Shown here: one piece after another, positions 11,121-20,208 of the stretch
Layout of the letters: each line of letters begins with the position of its first letter
How positions within the stretch are numbered: position 1 is the stretch's first letter
Source of the DNA: an uncultured Acidobacteriota bacterium
Lineage (GTDB): Bacteria > Acidobacteriota > Blastocatellia > RBC074
NCBI GenBank assembly: GCA_963796275.1
Contig: CAWCKY010000003.1
Location: forward strand, 1,376,001-1,440,000
DNA: 64,000 nucleotides
Reading direction: 5' to 3'
Program-made: the position numbers and the translations under genes
Notes under the pieces: model-generated
Told to the model about the DNA's origin: nothing
Databases searched by the model: none
Seen by the model: the letters and a program-made list of their open reading frames with translations, nothing else

Positions 11121-12032
11121 TTATTTAAGCTTCAAACCTTCAATAAAATCGCGGTCTTTTGTGCCCGCGTGACAGACCAGGCAGGACTGCTGGCCGCGCT
11201 CCTCAAGCTCCGAGACGAGCGCATAGGTCAGCCCTCGATCGGACCAGGTGATGACTTTCAGCCCGTTGATCGAGTCATAATGGAATTTCAAACCCTTCGA
11301 TACAATCTCCTCGCCGCCCGATGGCATCGCCACCGAATTGGCCGTAACGACGAGCGTGATCGCGTTCTGCTTCATCTTGTAAGCGATGTATGCCGCATAG
11401 TCGTTGTTGAAAGCGACCAGACGCGCGCCTTCCAGCCGGTAGAGTTTCTCCTGTCCTGAAGATTCCTGATAGTTCGGCAGCTTCAAACTGAATGAGACTT
11501 TCCCGGAGAACCAATCGGATATCATCGAGGGCGATTCCGAAATGATCTCCAGCGGGAGCTGCCCGCGTAGCCGCCGCAGGTGCGTCTCGACCGCCATCAA
11601 TGCGATTTGCGAAGGGCGCGGCATGTGGGGCGATTCGTTGCTCAACCTATTAATTACCCAGAGACCTGCCAGCGTGAAGGTGAGTAGGATGATTGCCAAC
11701 GAAAGCAGGCGGATCGGGCTCAGGTGAAAGATCGAGGTTGTGCCGTGATTGAATGTGTGTTGAATTCTGCGACGAAGATTGTGCGGAGCGGTTATCTGTT
11801 CCGGAATGGAATCGAGCAGCTGCTCTATCCGCGCACGCGTCTCTGCCGGAGCCTGGTAAAGAGGTTGCATGTCGCGCACGAGTGCCAGAAGAAGCCGCTC
11901 CTGCTCGGATAGATCGCGGCAGGTCGGACAGTCTTGCAGATGAGCCTCGAACTCATCGCGCTCGCCGTTGCGCAACTCATCATCCAGATAGAACACCATC
12001 TGAGTGCGGATTTGATTGCACGAGTTAGCCAT
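11121..12032 (-). CDS. Membrane anti-sigma factor: N-terminal ZAS/zf-HC2 domain, one TM helix, C-terminal CxxCH motif
   Basis: YLDDEL...HLQDCPTC; TM LLSLAIILLTFTLAGLWVI; CLVCH at 11169-11183; RBS ggagag before ATG 12032. Confidence 0.88.
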   Translation of the reverse strand: MANSCNQIRTQMVFYLDDELRNGERDEFEAHLQDCPTCRDLSEQERLLLALVRDMQPLYQAPAETRARIEQLLDSIPEQITAPHNLRRRIQHTFNHGTTSIFHLSPIRLLSLAIILLTFTLAGLWVINRLSNESPHMPRPSQIALMAVETHLRRLRGQLPLEIISESPSMISDWFSGKVSFSLKLPNYQESSGQEKLYRLEGARLVAFNNDYAAYIAYKMKQNAITLVVTANSVAMPSGGEEIVSKGLKFHYDSINGLKVITWSDRGLTYALVSELEERGQQSCLVCHAGTKDRDFIEGLKLK

Positions 12033-12048
12033 CTCTCCAGTCCTTAAT

Positions 12049-12600
12049 TCATTTGGTCGACGGGCCGGGTTGCCATTGGACGAGCAGCGTTCGCAGATTT
12101 TCCCTGGCACGTCCGAGCCGCGACATCACAGTCCCGGCCGGGCACTCCAGGATGCTGGCGATCTGCTGATAGCTGAATCCCTCGATATCGCGCAGCACGA
12201 CCACCTCGCGGTAATGGACCGGCAATCGTTCAATAGCAAGGCGCACCTGCTCGCGCTCCACTTTTTGCAGTAAAACGGTGTGCGGATCGCCCGCCGTGTG
12301 ATCCAACCACTGCCAGCGGCTCTCCTCCTCGGCATCGATTTCAACAAATTGCGGCCCGCTTCTGTCGTGACGCACCTGGTTGAGCCTGATATTGCGCATG
12401 ATCGCGAAGAGCCAGCTCTTCAAATTGCTGTCGGGCACGAGACGGCCGAAAGCGCGAGAAGCTCGCAGATAGGTCTCCTGCACTAGGTCCTCCGCTTCAT
12501 CTCGGTTGCGCGTCAGTACCATGGCGAATCCGTAGAGCGCATCGAGGTGCTCCAAAGCCGCCTGCTTGAAATTCATGACGCTTTCATCCGATCTATTCAT
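12049..12600 (-). CDS. ECF RNA polymerase sigma-70 factor (SigR/SigH-like)
   Basis: AEDLVQETYLRA, KSWLFAIMRN and SYQQIASILECPAGTVMSRLGRAR. Confidence 0.93.
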   Translation of the reverse strand: MNRSDESVMNFKQAALEHLDALYGFAMVLTRNRDEAEDLVQETYLRASRAFGRLVPDSNLKSWLFAIMRNIRLNQVRHDRSGPQFVEIDAEEESRWQWLDHTAGDPHTVLLQKVEREQVRLAIERLPVHYREVVVLRDIEGFSYQQIASILECPAGTVMSRLGRARENLRTLLVQWQPGPSTK

Positions 12601-12640
12601 AGATCTATCCCATACGCGATATAAATCCGAATAAAAGAAT

Positions 12641-12665
12641 AACACGCAAGTACGGAAAATATTCC
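12641..12665 (-). promoter_or_regulatory. Putative ECF promoter (GGAAT-N17-GTT), possibly autoregulatory
   Basis: Minus strand GGAATattttccgtacttgcgtGTT, about 40 nt upstream of the sigma ATG; matches the SigR/SigH-type consensus. Confidence 0.6.
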
Positions 12666-12811
12666 AAGCGGAAAATGTAATTTCCCGGCCGGTTATGGTC
12701 TTTGAGAAATAAATACAACGACGGATTGCGACCCATTCCACCGAAGGCAATCGGTGGGATTTAATAACTCCCCTGTTAAACGCGTGTTAAAAACGACTGT
12801 TAGATGTCTTT

Positions 12812-13822
12812 TTAGAGGTCCTTCAGCCCCACACTGACTGCCTTCGCTGGGTCACCCGACTTCAGGAAAGAAACCAGATCGAGCAACTGCTTGAGCGAAT
12901 ACCTGGCGGCATAATCTCCGGGCATCGCCGAGGTACTCAGCTTTTCGGTTTTCAATATTTCCGCTTTTACGAACGCGCGCGAAACCGGCGGCAGAGTGGA
13001 CGTATCGTAGAGCCGGACAATCTTTTCATCTTCATCTCTCTTGACACCGATGAATCGCGCACCGTCGCGCATCGTGATGGCGATCGTCGCGTATTTATCG
13101 GCAATGACCGCATGGGGCGCGGCGATGCTTTGCAGAATATCGCGCGCCGGTTTATTGGCGATGTTGCTCAGATCCGGCCCGATTTTGCCCCCGATGCCGC
13201 CAACTGTGTGGCATACACGGCAGTTTTGGGTCTGCGTGGCATCGAAAAACAGCTCTCTTCCTGCCGATGCATCTCCTCGTAGATCGGATGAATCACTGTT
13301 CACCGCTACTGTCTTATCCGTAACGGCTTTCTCAGGCTGATCTTTGGGACTTCCGCCGCTAAAATGCGGGTCGACGGGTGATGGTCGATTGTCTGCGCGC
13401 GCTTTCGTGTCGTTGGGCGAAAGCGAGATAACATAAGCGACTATTTGGGCGACCTGATCTTCCGTATAGCTCTTTTTGAATCCCGGCATCGTCGTGCCGG
13501 GGATCCCGTCATTGATCAGATGCGTCAGTAGTTCGGCGGTGAACTCGCGGTCTTTAAGTTTAGGGCCGCCGCCGCCGCTGCCCCCGCTTCCGTGGCAGTA
13601 GCTGTTGCTGCATGAGCTCGCAAACAGCCGGCGCCCGGCTTCGATTTGTGATTTATTATCTTGTAAATTTGTCGCGAATGAATTTGTCGCGAAAAAAGCG
13701 GAAGGATTCGCCACCGAGATCGCGAAAAAGCAAAAAGTCGCAATAGCTACACAAGCTATTTTTCGTTTTCTGGCCTTTTCTCTCGTTGATTTATGGTTGA
13801 TTGTACTGTGCCTATCTTGCAT
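12812..13822 (-). CDS. Exported or membrane-anchored c-type cytochrome with two heme domains
   Basis: CSNSYCH (CX4CH) followed by GPKL..MPGF; CRVCH followed by GPDLS..SAMP; hydrophobic N-terminal segment. Confidence 0.85.
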   Translation of the reverse strand: MQDRHSTINHKSTREKARKRKIACVAIATFCFFAISVANPSAFFATNSFATNLQDNKSQIEAGRRLFASSCSNSYCHGSGGSGGGGPKLKDREFTAELLTHLINDGIPGTTMPGFKKSYTEDQVAQIVAYVISLSPNDTKARADNRPSPVDPHFSGGSPKDQPEKAVTDKTVAVNSDSSDLRGDASAGRELFFDATQTQNCRVCHTVGGIGGKIGPDLSNIANKPARDILQSIAAPHAVIADKYATIAITMRDGARFIGVKRDEDEKIVRLYDTSTLPPVSRAFVKAEILKTEKLSTSAMPGDYAARYSLKQLLDLVSFLKSGDPAKAVSVGLKDL

Positions 13823-15575
13823 TTTCCGTCACCCCTTTGCTGTTCTTGCCGGCGGTTTCAGGCAGAGCGAAGACGAACAGTGTCGAGGTCGCTTCGGGAA
13901 GTTTATCTGCCGTTTCCGGCCAGATGACCGGGATCGCACCGCCCAGCAGCGAACCCATTCCGGTTGGGATGGCGATGTACTGCCGGCCATTCACGGCATA
14001 ACTTATGGGTGAGCCGCTGATGCCGCCGCCCGTATAATGCGACCATAAATGCTCGCCTGTCTTCGCATCGAGTGCGAATGCGTTCCCTTCGACATCTCCG
14101 GTGAAGAGCAGGTCGCTTCCAGTGACGAGCAGCGAGCCCAAATTTGCATATTTAGTGCGGTATCGCCACAGCTGTTTGCCGGTCAACGGATCGTAGCCAT
14201 CTATGTGACCGTATGGCCTCGTATCTTTCGGAGGCTTGAATTCGACCCCGCCCCCGAATAAGACCTGACCCTCTTTGATTTCCTGTTTCTCGGGTTTGAT
14301 GATGTTACAAAATTCCCAGCCGATGTTGTACCAGATCTTCGTCCGCGGACTGTATGCCGAGTGATCCCAATTCCGACCGCCGCAGATGCTGGGACAGACG
14401 AATGTCTCACCATCCGGCGGCACCGGCAGCATCCCCACAGGCTTGCCGTTCTTATCAACCCCCTTCAACCAATTGATGTTGTCGACGTGTTTGTATGCGT
14501 TGAGGTATTTGCCGGTTTCGCGATCGAGCACCCACGTCATCCCGCCTTTGTTGGGATGTACGAGCAGCTTCTGCTTCCTGCCTTCACGCTCGTAATCGAT
14601 CAGGACGCATTCGAATGAGGAATCGAAATCATAGAGATCGTGCGGGATCTCTTGATAGTACCATTTCAGTTTTCCGGTGTCGGGATCGAGCGCGATGATT
14701 GAATTGGTATAAAGGTTATCGCCTTTGCGAAATTCACCGTAAAAATCCGACGAGGGATTGCCGACTCCCCAGTAGAGCAGGTTCAGCTCCGGGTCGTATG
14801 ACCCCGTGAGCCAGGTCGGGGCGCCGCCGTACTTCCACATCTTTTCGCCCCATGTCTCGAATCCCGGCTCGCCCGGTCCGGGGATCGTGTAAAAGCGCCA
14901 GAGGTGTTTCCCCGTCTTCGCATCGAAGGCGTTGAGATAACCGCGATGCGAGTGTTCGCCCCCGGTGACGCCGGTAATCACCTTGTCTTTAACGACCAGC
15001 GGCGGAGAGGTGATGTTGCAGCCGCATTGGCGTACGTCTTCGACCTCGATGTCCCACAACTCGCGCCCAGTCTTCATGTCGAGCGCGACGACGTGATTAT
15101 CGACCGTGCCGAAGTAGACCATCCCGTGACCGATCGCCAGACCGCGCGAACCGCGCTGATAAGGAATCGACATCTCCGGCAGCTTGTAAAAGTATTTCCA
15201 GATAACTTTTCCGGTTTCAGCATTGATCGCGAAAATCCGGTTCATCGGTCCCATCAGATAGATGACACCATCCATAACCAGGGGCGTCGCATTCAACCCC
15301 CCACGCAGCTCCCCGGTATGGAATGTCCATATCGGTACGAGATTCTTGATGTTTTCGCGCGTGATCTGATTGAGGGCGCTGTATCGCCATGCGCTGTAAT
15401 TACCTCCATAGGTCATCCAGTTTTGCGGCTCGCTGTCAGAGCCGATCAGTCTTGACCATGTCGGTTCTTGTGCCAGGCAGGGGAACGATACGGAGGCAAT
15501 AAGAAAGACTAAATTGGTAAGCCCCGAGAGCCGCAACCCCGGTTGACACTGAGACTTTATACCACGCGATTTCAT
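13812..15575 (-). CDS. PQQ-dependent dehydrogenase (alcohol/methanol dehydrogenase-like beta-propeller)
   Basis: Repeated AxDxxTGKxxW motifs, ATPLV, GVGNP, HDLYDFD and GGRNW; signal peptide. Confidence 0.92.
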   Translation of the reverse strand: MKSRGIKSQCQPGLRLSGLTNLVFLIASVSFPCLAQEPTWSRLIGSDSEPQNWMTYGGNYSAWRYSALNQITRENIKNLVPIWTFHTGELRGGLNATPLVMDGVIYLMGPMNRIFAINAETGKVIWKYFYKLPEMSIPYQRGSRGLAIGHGMVYFGTVDNHVVALDMKTGRELWDIEVEDVRQCGCNITSPPLVVKDKVITGVTGGEHSHRGYLNAFDAKTGKHLWRFYTIPGPGEPGFETWGEKMWKYGGAPTWLTGSYDPELNLLYWGVGNPSSDFYGEFRKGDNLYTNSIIALDPDTGKLKWYYQEIPHDLYDFDSSFECVLIDYEREGRKQKLLVHPNKGGMTWVLDRETGKYLNAYKHVDNINWLKGVDKNGKPVGMLPVPPDGETFVCPSICGGRNWDHSAYSPRTKIWYNIGWEFCNIIKPEKQEIKEGQVLFGGGVEFKPPKDTRPYGHIDGYDPLTGKQLWRYRTKYANLGSLLVTGSDLLFTGDVEGNAFALDAKTGEHLWSHYTGGGISGSPISYAVNGRQYIAIPTGMGSLLGGAIPVIWPETADKLPEATSTLFVFALPETAGKNSKGVTENAR

Positions 15576-15659
15576 CGCTGATTCCTTTCACCGTGCTTGT
15601 TTATTCATGTGCCTTTTTTGAGCCGCGTTACTTTACCCTCGAGATAGATGTTTGACAAC

Positions 15660-15691
15660 AAAAAGAACTGTCATCAGTTGTGGACAGTTCT
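15660..15691 (-). terminator. Intrinsic terminator in the leader of the PQQ dehydrogenase gene
   Basis: Minus strand agaactgtc-cacaactgat-gacagttct-tttt: 9-bp stem plus U-tract. Confidence 0.6.
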
Positions 15692-15825
15692 GATGGAAGT
15701 AGCGGTTTCCCTTGTAAACAACTCGTGTCACCACCCTCGAAAAACGACCCGGATAGAAGCAAGATTATGCGCGTATCTATAGCTTTTGCAAGACTTAGCG
15801 GAATCTCAGATTTTTCGCCGTCTGA

Positions 15826-15841
15826 TGGCACAGCTATTGCA
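15826..15841 (+). promoter_or_regulatory. Sigma54 -24/-12 promoter with no downstream gene
   Basis: TGGCAC-agcta-TTGCA, exact consensus and spacing. Confidence 0.65.
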
Positions 15842-16189
15842 ATTTTTGTTTAAAGATAATACGAAACGATGGTTTCCCCATTGTTTTCGCTTTTTTACAC
15901 ATAGTTTTTTACTATTTGTAACACACGAGAAATAACAAAATACAGATAGCTTACAACTGATTACGGAAAAATCGAATAGACAAATAGGCGAGGATAAGCT
16001 GGGATATTATCAAGTTTGAGAACAACGTATAGTTGTTCTCGGTTTGCTCTCACGCTACACATTGAGGCCGCTCTCTGATACGTTTATTGACCGCAACCTC
16101 CTATAATCCGTCCTTCCCTTTTGACATTTTCCCCAAACTGAGGCCCTCTCTTAATTACCCAATGTGTAGCTGAGAGCTCATAAAGAAGC

Positions 16190-17185
16190 TCAATCAACCC
16201 GATCCGATACGCCGATCGCGGGAGCCGCGCTTTTAGGCCAGGGTATATAGCGGCGCAGCCATTTGAATAACAGCCAGCAGGGCACCAGAATCAAGAAGGC
16301 TATCGGTATCATCACCATAACAAAACGAATAACACCAATGACGATATCAGAAGCCGTTTCCAGGCCATCGCCGAAAGCCAGCTTCAGGCTATGTTGAAAA
16401 CCGCTTTTGGTAGCAACGAACAACGGGGCCGGAGTCTGCAAAGTAACAGAGATGGTCGAAAGTGCAGATTTGTTTTCCAGGAATCTACGTCGACCCTCGA
16501 GGCTTTCGATCTCTGTGCGGACATCAGCTAGTTGACTCTGCACCTCGAGCGCATCGGATATTTTGCGCGCCTGCCGCATGATTTCGAGAAACTGCATTTC
16601 GAGCGCGCGTTTTGTGCGGATGCGCGCTTCGAGGTCAATGTAATCTTCGGTCACGTCCATTCCAGTTATCTTCTCTACCGTAATATTTCCGTCTATGTGG
16701 CGAATGGCTTCCACTGCATCACCGAATCGAGCGGAAGGAACACGGGCGGTTATGGTAATGATTGTTGAAGACAGGTTTTGTTCGTTCGGATGATTCTCTT
16801 TGGATTCGGATGAGATGATAAACCCGCCATTCTTCTCCGCGATCGACGCAATTTTTTGCAGGCCTTTCCTGGGATCGTCGATCTCGATCGTCAGCTCCGC
16901 GTTACGTATGATCTTGCGCTCGGTGAGCTGCTCTGAAGCCTGGGATGCATTGGCCGAATCGAGAGAAATTTTTGTTAAAGCCGGTACGGTCTTCTGAGAT
17001 GACGTGGACAATTCTGCCGCTTCCGACACGGTAGCGAACTTCGCATTTGATTCAGCCAACATGCCTTGATCTTTTGCCTCGCCCGCGGGCTTACTAAGCT
17101 TATTTTCACCCCTGCCGCAACTAACGGTTGCGATCATGAAAAGTATCAACATAAGTATCAACACGGCCGCCATCCTTTTTCTCAT
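16190..17185 (-). CDS. DUF4349-like lipoprotein
   Basis: Lipobox TVSC, RKIIRNAEL, DVTEDYIDLEAR, coiled coil and C-terminal TM helix. Confidence 0.85.
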   Translation of the reverse strand: MRKRMAAVLILMLILFMIATVSCGRGENKLSKPAGEAKDQGMLAESNAKFATVSEAAELSTSSQKTVPALTKISLDSANASQASEQLTERKIIRNAELTIEIDDPRKGLQKIASIAEKNGGFIISSESKENHPNEQNLSSTIITITARVPSARFGDAVEAIRHIDGNITVEKITGMDVTEDYIDLEARIRTKRALEMQFLEIMRQARKISDALEVQSQLADVRTEIESLEGRRRFLENKSALSTISVTLQTPAPLFVATKSGFQHSLKLAFGDGLETASDIVIGVIRFVMVMIPIAFLILVPCWLLFKWLRRYIPWPKSAAPAIGVSDRVD

Positions 17186-17812
17186 AGCTCCTCCTTTGAA
17201 CTAACGTCTTCTGATAATAAATAGCTTACTGATACACGGCTGATACACGAGTCCGTAGTCCCGTTTGTATTGGCCGTTCCCATGATGAACGTCCCACAAA
17301 TAATCTTTTGCAAATATTCATCATCTGCCAGGCAAACAGACGCTTTGGAAATATTGAAAGTTCCAAGCCTTTTAATTAAGTACGGATTGACAACTGACCG
17401 CCGTATAAATATTCTTTGTACCGGCCTTTCACAAATGCCCCGAAAGCAGGCGTTTTTCTCACATTGAACCTCCCCCTTTTACCTCTGCCGCGAATAACAC
17501 CGCAGACAAAGGTGAATACTGTATTTTCGTGGTGTATTTGTGGTATATGAGGATACTAGAATACCTGCACGCCGAATCCAGTTACTAAGTTTGTTATTTG
17601 AAGACTCTCAGTTGTAATAGCGGAGCTGTGTCGACAACGAGGGGGGAAGGGGAGAGCGGGAGAGTAACCGAGTACAGGACATTGCCGGTGGTGACGCATT
17701 GAATAGGGGGACGTTGCGTTGCCAAACTTGTCCTGTCTCCGCGCTGCTCGCTCTCTCGCTCTCCCATTCTTCCACTCGTAAATACTACTCGCGCGGGAGA
17801 TACCCGAAAGAA

Positions 17813-18220
17813 TCAGGCGCGATCTTTCAATCTTTTCACGAAGCGTAATCCCGACCACACATCATTGATGGCACATACTTTGGTATCGACGAGCCCGGCT
17901 TCAAGGCCGATTCGTTGAATGTCGCCTTCAGTCAGGTCGGTCGGTACTCCCGACGCCTTTTTCGGCCACGATATCCATAACATTCCCGCGGGCTTGAGCA
18001 ACGCCGCGAGCTTTTCAAATCGCGAGAGGAGCTCTTTTTCGCTCTTGACGAAGCATAGGATCAGATCGAGCGGCGCGCGTTGCTGTTTAACTATCTCGAC
18101 ACCGGCTGGCAATACGCCCAATTCTTCAGTGAACTGGTCAGGTGCGTTTACCAATAGGATTCGATGCGAGACTTTGATGCCCAGCTTCTGCGGCAGGGGT
18201 GTTCCTGAATAACCAGACAT
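17813..18220 (-). CDS. DUF3052-like conserved protein
   Basis: GYSGTPLPQKLGIK, WISWPKKASGV and GLVDTKVCAINDVWSGLRF. Confidence 0.85.
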   Translation of the reverse strand: MSGYSGTPLPQKLGIKVSHRILLVNAPDQFTEELGVLPAGVEIVKQQRAPLDLILCFVKSEKELLSRFEKLAALLKPAGMLWISWPKKASGVPTDLTEGDIQRIGLEAGLVDTKVCAINDVWSGLRFVKRLKDRA

Positions 18221-18923
18221 AATTTCTCCCTCTTCGTTTCAAAGAAGAGTTGTTTGATTCAGAAGCGATCTTGATCTCCACTTTTGGACCTAATACCCTG
18301 GGTTGCTTTTGTAATATATAGACATCGATCACCGCCTTCACGCGCGCCAGCCATTCGCGAGGTATTTCGGCTCCCAACTTCGTAACCGGAAACCGTTCGG
18401 AGTAGAAGGCTACTGCGTCAATGTTATTCCCATTGCACAAAAAGAGGGCGCGGTAGGTGTGAAAGTTATTGGTGATGATGGTGAAGCGGGTCAGCCCATA
18501 GACTTCCTTGGCGCGGATTATCGAATCGAGAGTTCTGAAACCGGCGTAATCCAGCGTCATGGCCGATTCCGGCACGCCGAGCTCGAGCGCAAGGGTCTTC
18601 ATCTCAGCCGGCTCATTATAGCCGCGATTATTGCGCCTGCCGCTGAGCAGGAGATGCTTGACCTTTCCACTGTGATACAGCCGTGCGGCATCTTCCATCC
18701 GCGCGCGAAAAAGAGGTTTGATCTTCCTGCTTCTAAAGCGTGGAACGGCGCCCAATACGAGGCCGACGTCATTAGACGGCAACTTTTCCACGTCATTAAA
18801 AACGCACGATCCGCTGGAGAGAACAATCCACAGGTTGATGCCGGCTGGCGCCAGAAAAACCAGCAGGCACATGCCGGCAAATCCCCACCTATTCCGCCTG
18901 AGTAATCGCAGGAATGATTGCAT
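18138..18923 (-). CDS. sanA: SanA/YdcF (DUF218) family envelope protein
   Basis: GLVLGA, LLLSG, YNEP, DYAGFRTLDS, FHTYRA and REWLARVKA; the 3' end overlaps the next gene by 83 nt, so the true stop is uncertain. Confidence 0.8.
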   Translation of the reverse strand: MQSFLRLLRRNRWGFAGMCLLVFLAPAGINLWIVLSSGSCVFNDVEKLPSNDVGLVLGAVPRFRSRKIKPLFRARMEDAARLYHSGKVKHLLLSGRRNNRGYNEPAEMKTLALELGVPESAMTLDYAGFRTLDSIIRAKEVYGLTRFTIITNNFHTYRALFLCNGNNIDAVAFYSERFPVTKLGAEIPREWLARVKAVIDVYILQKQPRVLGPKVEIKIASESNNSSLKRRGRNYVWLFRNTPAAEAGHQSLASNPIGKRT

Positions 18924-19006
18924 AATTCAATCTCATAATAAGCTAAAAAATTTCGTATTTCGATTGTCTAGTCTCCTTCTCTGTACTAGAGTTTGATCGG
19001 ATCACG

Positions 19007-20038
19007 ATGCGACCCAATGTTTTCATCACGCGCCGCCTTCCACCGTCTGCGATAAACAGGCTGGGAGAAGTCTGCGATTACCGGGTGGGGGCTGAACAGG
19101 GCGATCTCAGCCGCGAAGGCTTACTCTCTGGAGTGCGCGACGCGGATGGGCTTATCTGTTTACTCACCGATCGAATTGACCGGGAGGTGATTGAGGCCGG
19201 ATCGAAGCTGCGCGTAATTGCCAACGTCGCAGTGGGATATAACAACATCGATGCTGGAGCGGCCCAAGAGCGAGGGATCTATGTTACAAATACGCCGGGG
19301 GTGCTGACTGATGCCACAGCGGATTTGACGTGGGCTTTGATACTCGCCGTGTCCCGTCGCATCGTCGAGGCCGATGCTTTTCTCCGGGCAGGAAAGTTCG
19401 CGGGTTGGGACTTCGATATGTTGCTCGGCACAGGATTGTCAGGAAAAGTCATAGGTATTATTGGGTACGGCAGGATCGGGCGGGCCGTGGCGAGACGCGC
19501 CACGGGTTTTGGTATGTCGATTGTTTACTGCAATCGGGATGACATCGCCTTTCGCGATGATCCGCAGCATAATTCGATGATGGAGCGTCAATCGATGGCC
19601 CGCGCGTCAGGCGCCTTAAATCAGAGCGCGCGGCTCGATGGATTGGCGGCGCGCCGCGTCTCGTTTAATCAATTGATCGGGATGGCCGATATAATCACGC
19701 TCCATGTCCCGTTAGCTGCCGCGACGCAGCACCTGATCGATCGCGGCGCGTTTACGCGGGTGAAGCCTTCGGCATTTCTGATCAATACCTCTCGCGGCCC
19801 GGTCGTCGATGAAACCGCATTGATCGAGGCGTTGAGCGCGGGAAAGCTAGCCGGCGCGGGTCTCGATGTCTATGAAAGCGAGCCGGAAGTGGGCGAAGCA
19901 TTACTGGCGATGAACAACTTAGTTTTACTCCCTCACATCGGCAGCGCCACTCGCGAGACTCGGACTGCAATGGCAACAGTAGCCGTAGAAAATGTTATCG
20001 ATCTATTTTCTGGTCATGTGCCGCGAAATGTTGTATGA
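19007..20038 (+). CDS. D-2-hydroxyacid dehydrogenase (glyoxylate/hydroxypyruvate reductase type)
   Basis: AVGYNNID, NTPGVL, GYGRIG, NTSRG, GLDVYESEP and PHIGSAT. Confidence 0.92.
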   Translation: MRPNVFITRRLPPSAINRLGEVCDYRVGAEQGDLSREGLLSGVRDADGLICLLTDRIDREVIEAGSKLRVIANVAVGYNNIDAGAAQERGIYVTNTPGVLTDATADLTWALILAVSRRIVEADAFLRAGKFAGWDFDMLLGTGLSGKVIGIIGYGRIGRAVARRATGFGMSIVYCNRDDIAFRDDPQHNSMMERQSMARASGALNQSARLDGLAARRVSFNQLIGMADIITLHVPLAAATQHLIDRGAFTRVKPSAFLINTSRGPVVDETALIEALSAGKLAGAGLDVYESEPEVGEALLAMNNLVLLPHIGSATRETRTAMATVAVENVIDLFSGHVPRNVV

Positions 20039-20208
20039 ATGAAATCTGAAAATCGGACACATTTGAAAAAGTTTGGCTTTGCTATTTTTCTCAAGTATCA
20101 GAAAGAATTGACATCAGAAACTGCCATATAAACCCTGCTTGTGTCAGGTGTAGATAGCATCTCTCCTCCCACCCTGTTTTAACTCCTCCCGTTCCAACAG
20201 GACATGCC

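Noticed and set aside
15660-15760. Fluoride (crcB) riboswitch, suggested by AACCGC and CUGAUGAC
   Set aside because: The 5' GGxGAUGG element and pseudoknot partner are missing, and the downstream gene does not fit
18138-18250. Fourth frameshift at the sanA 3' end
   Set aside because: The 83-nt overlap is suspicious, but the conserved domain is complete and no indel position can be identified
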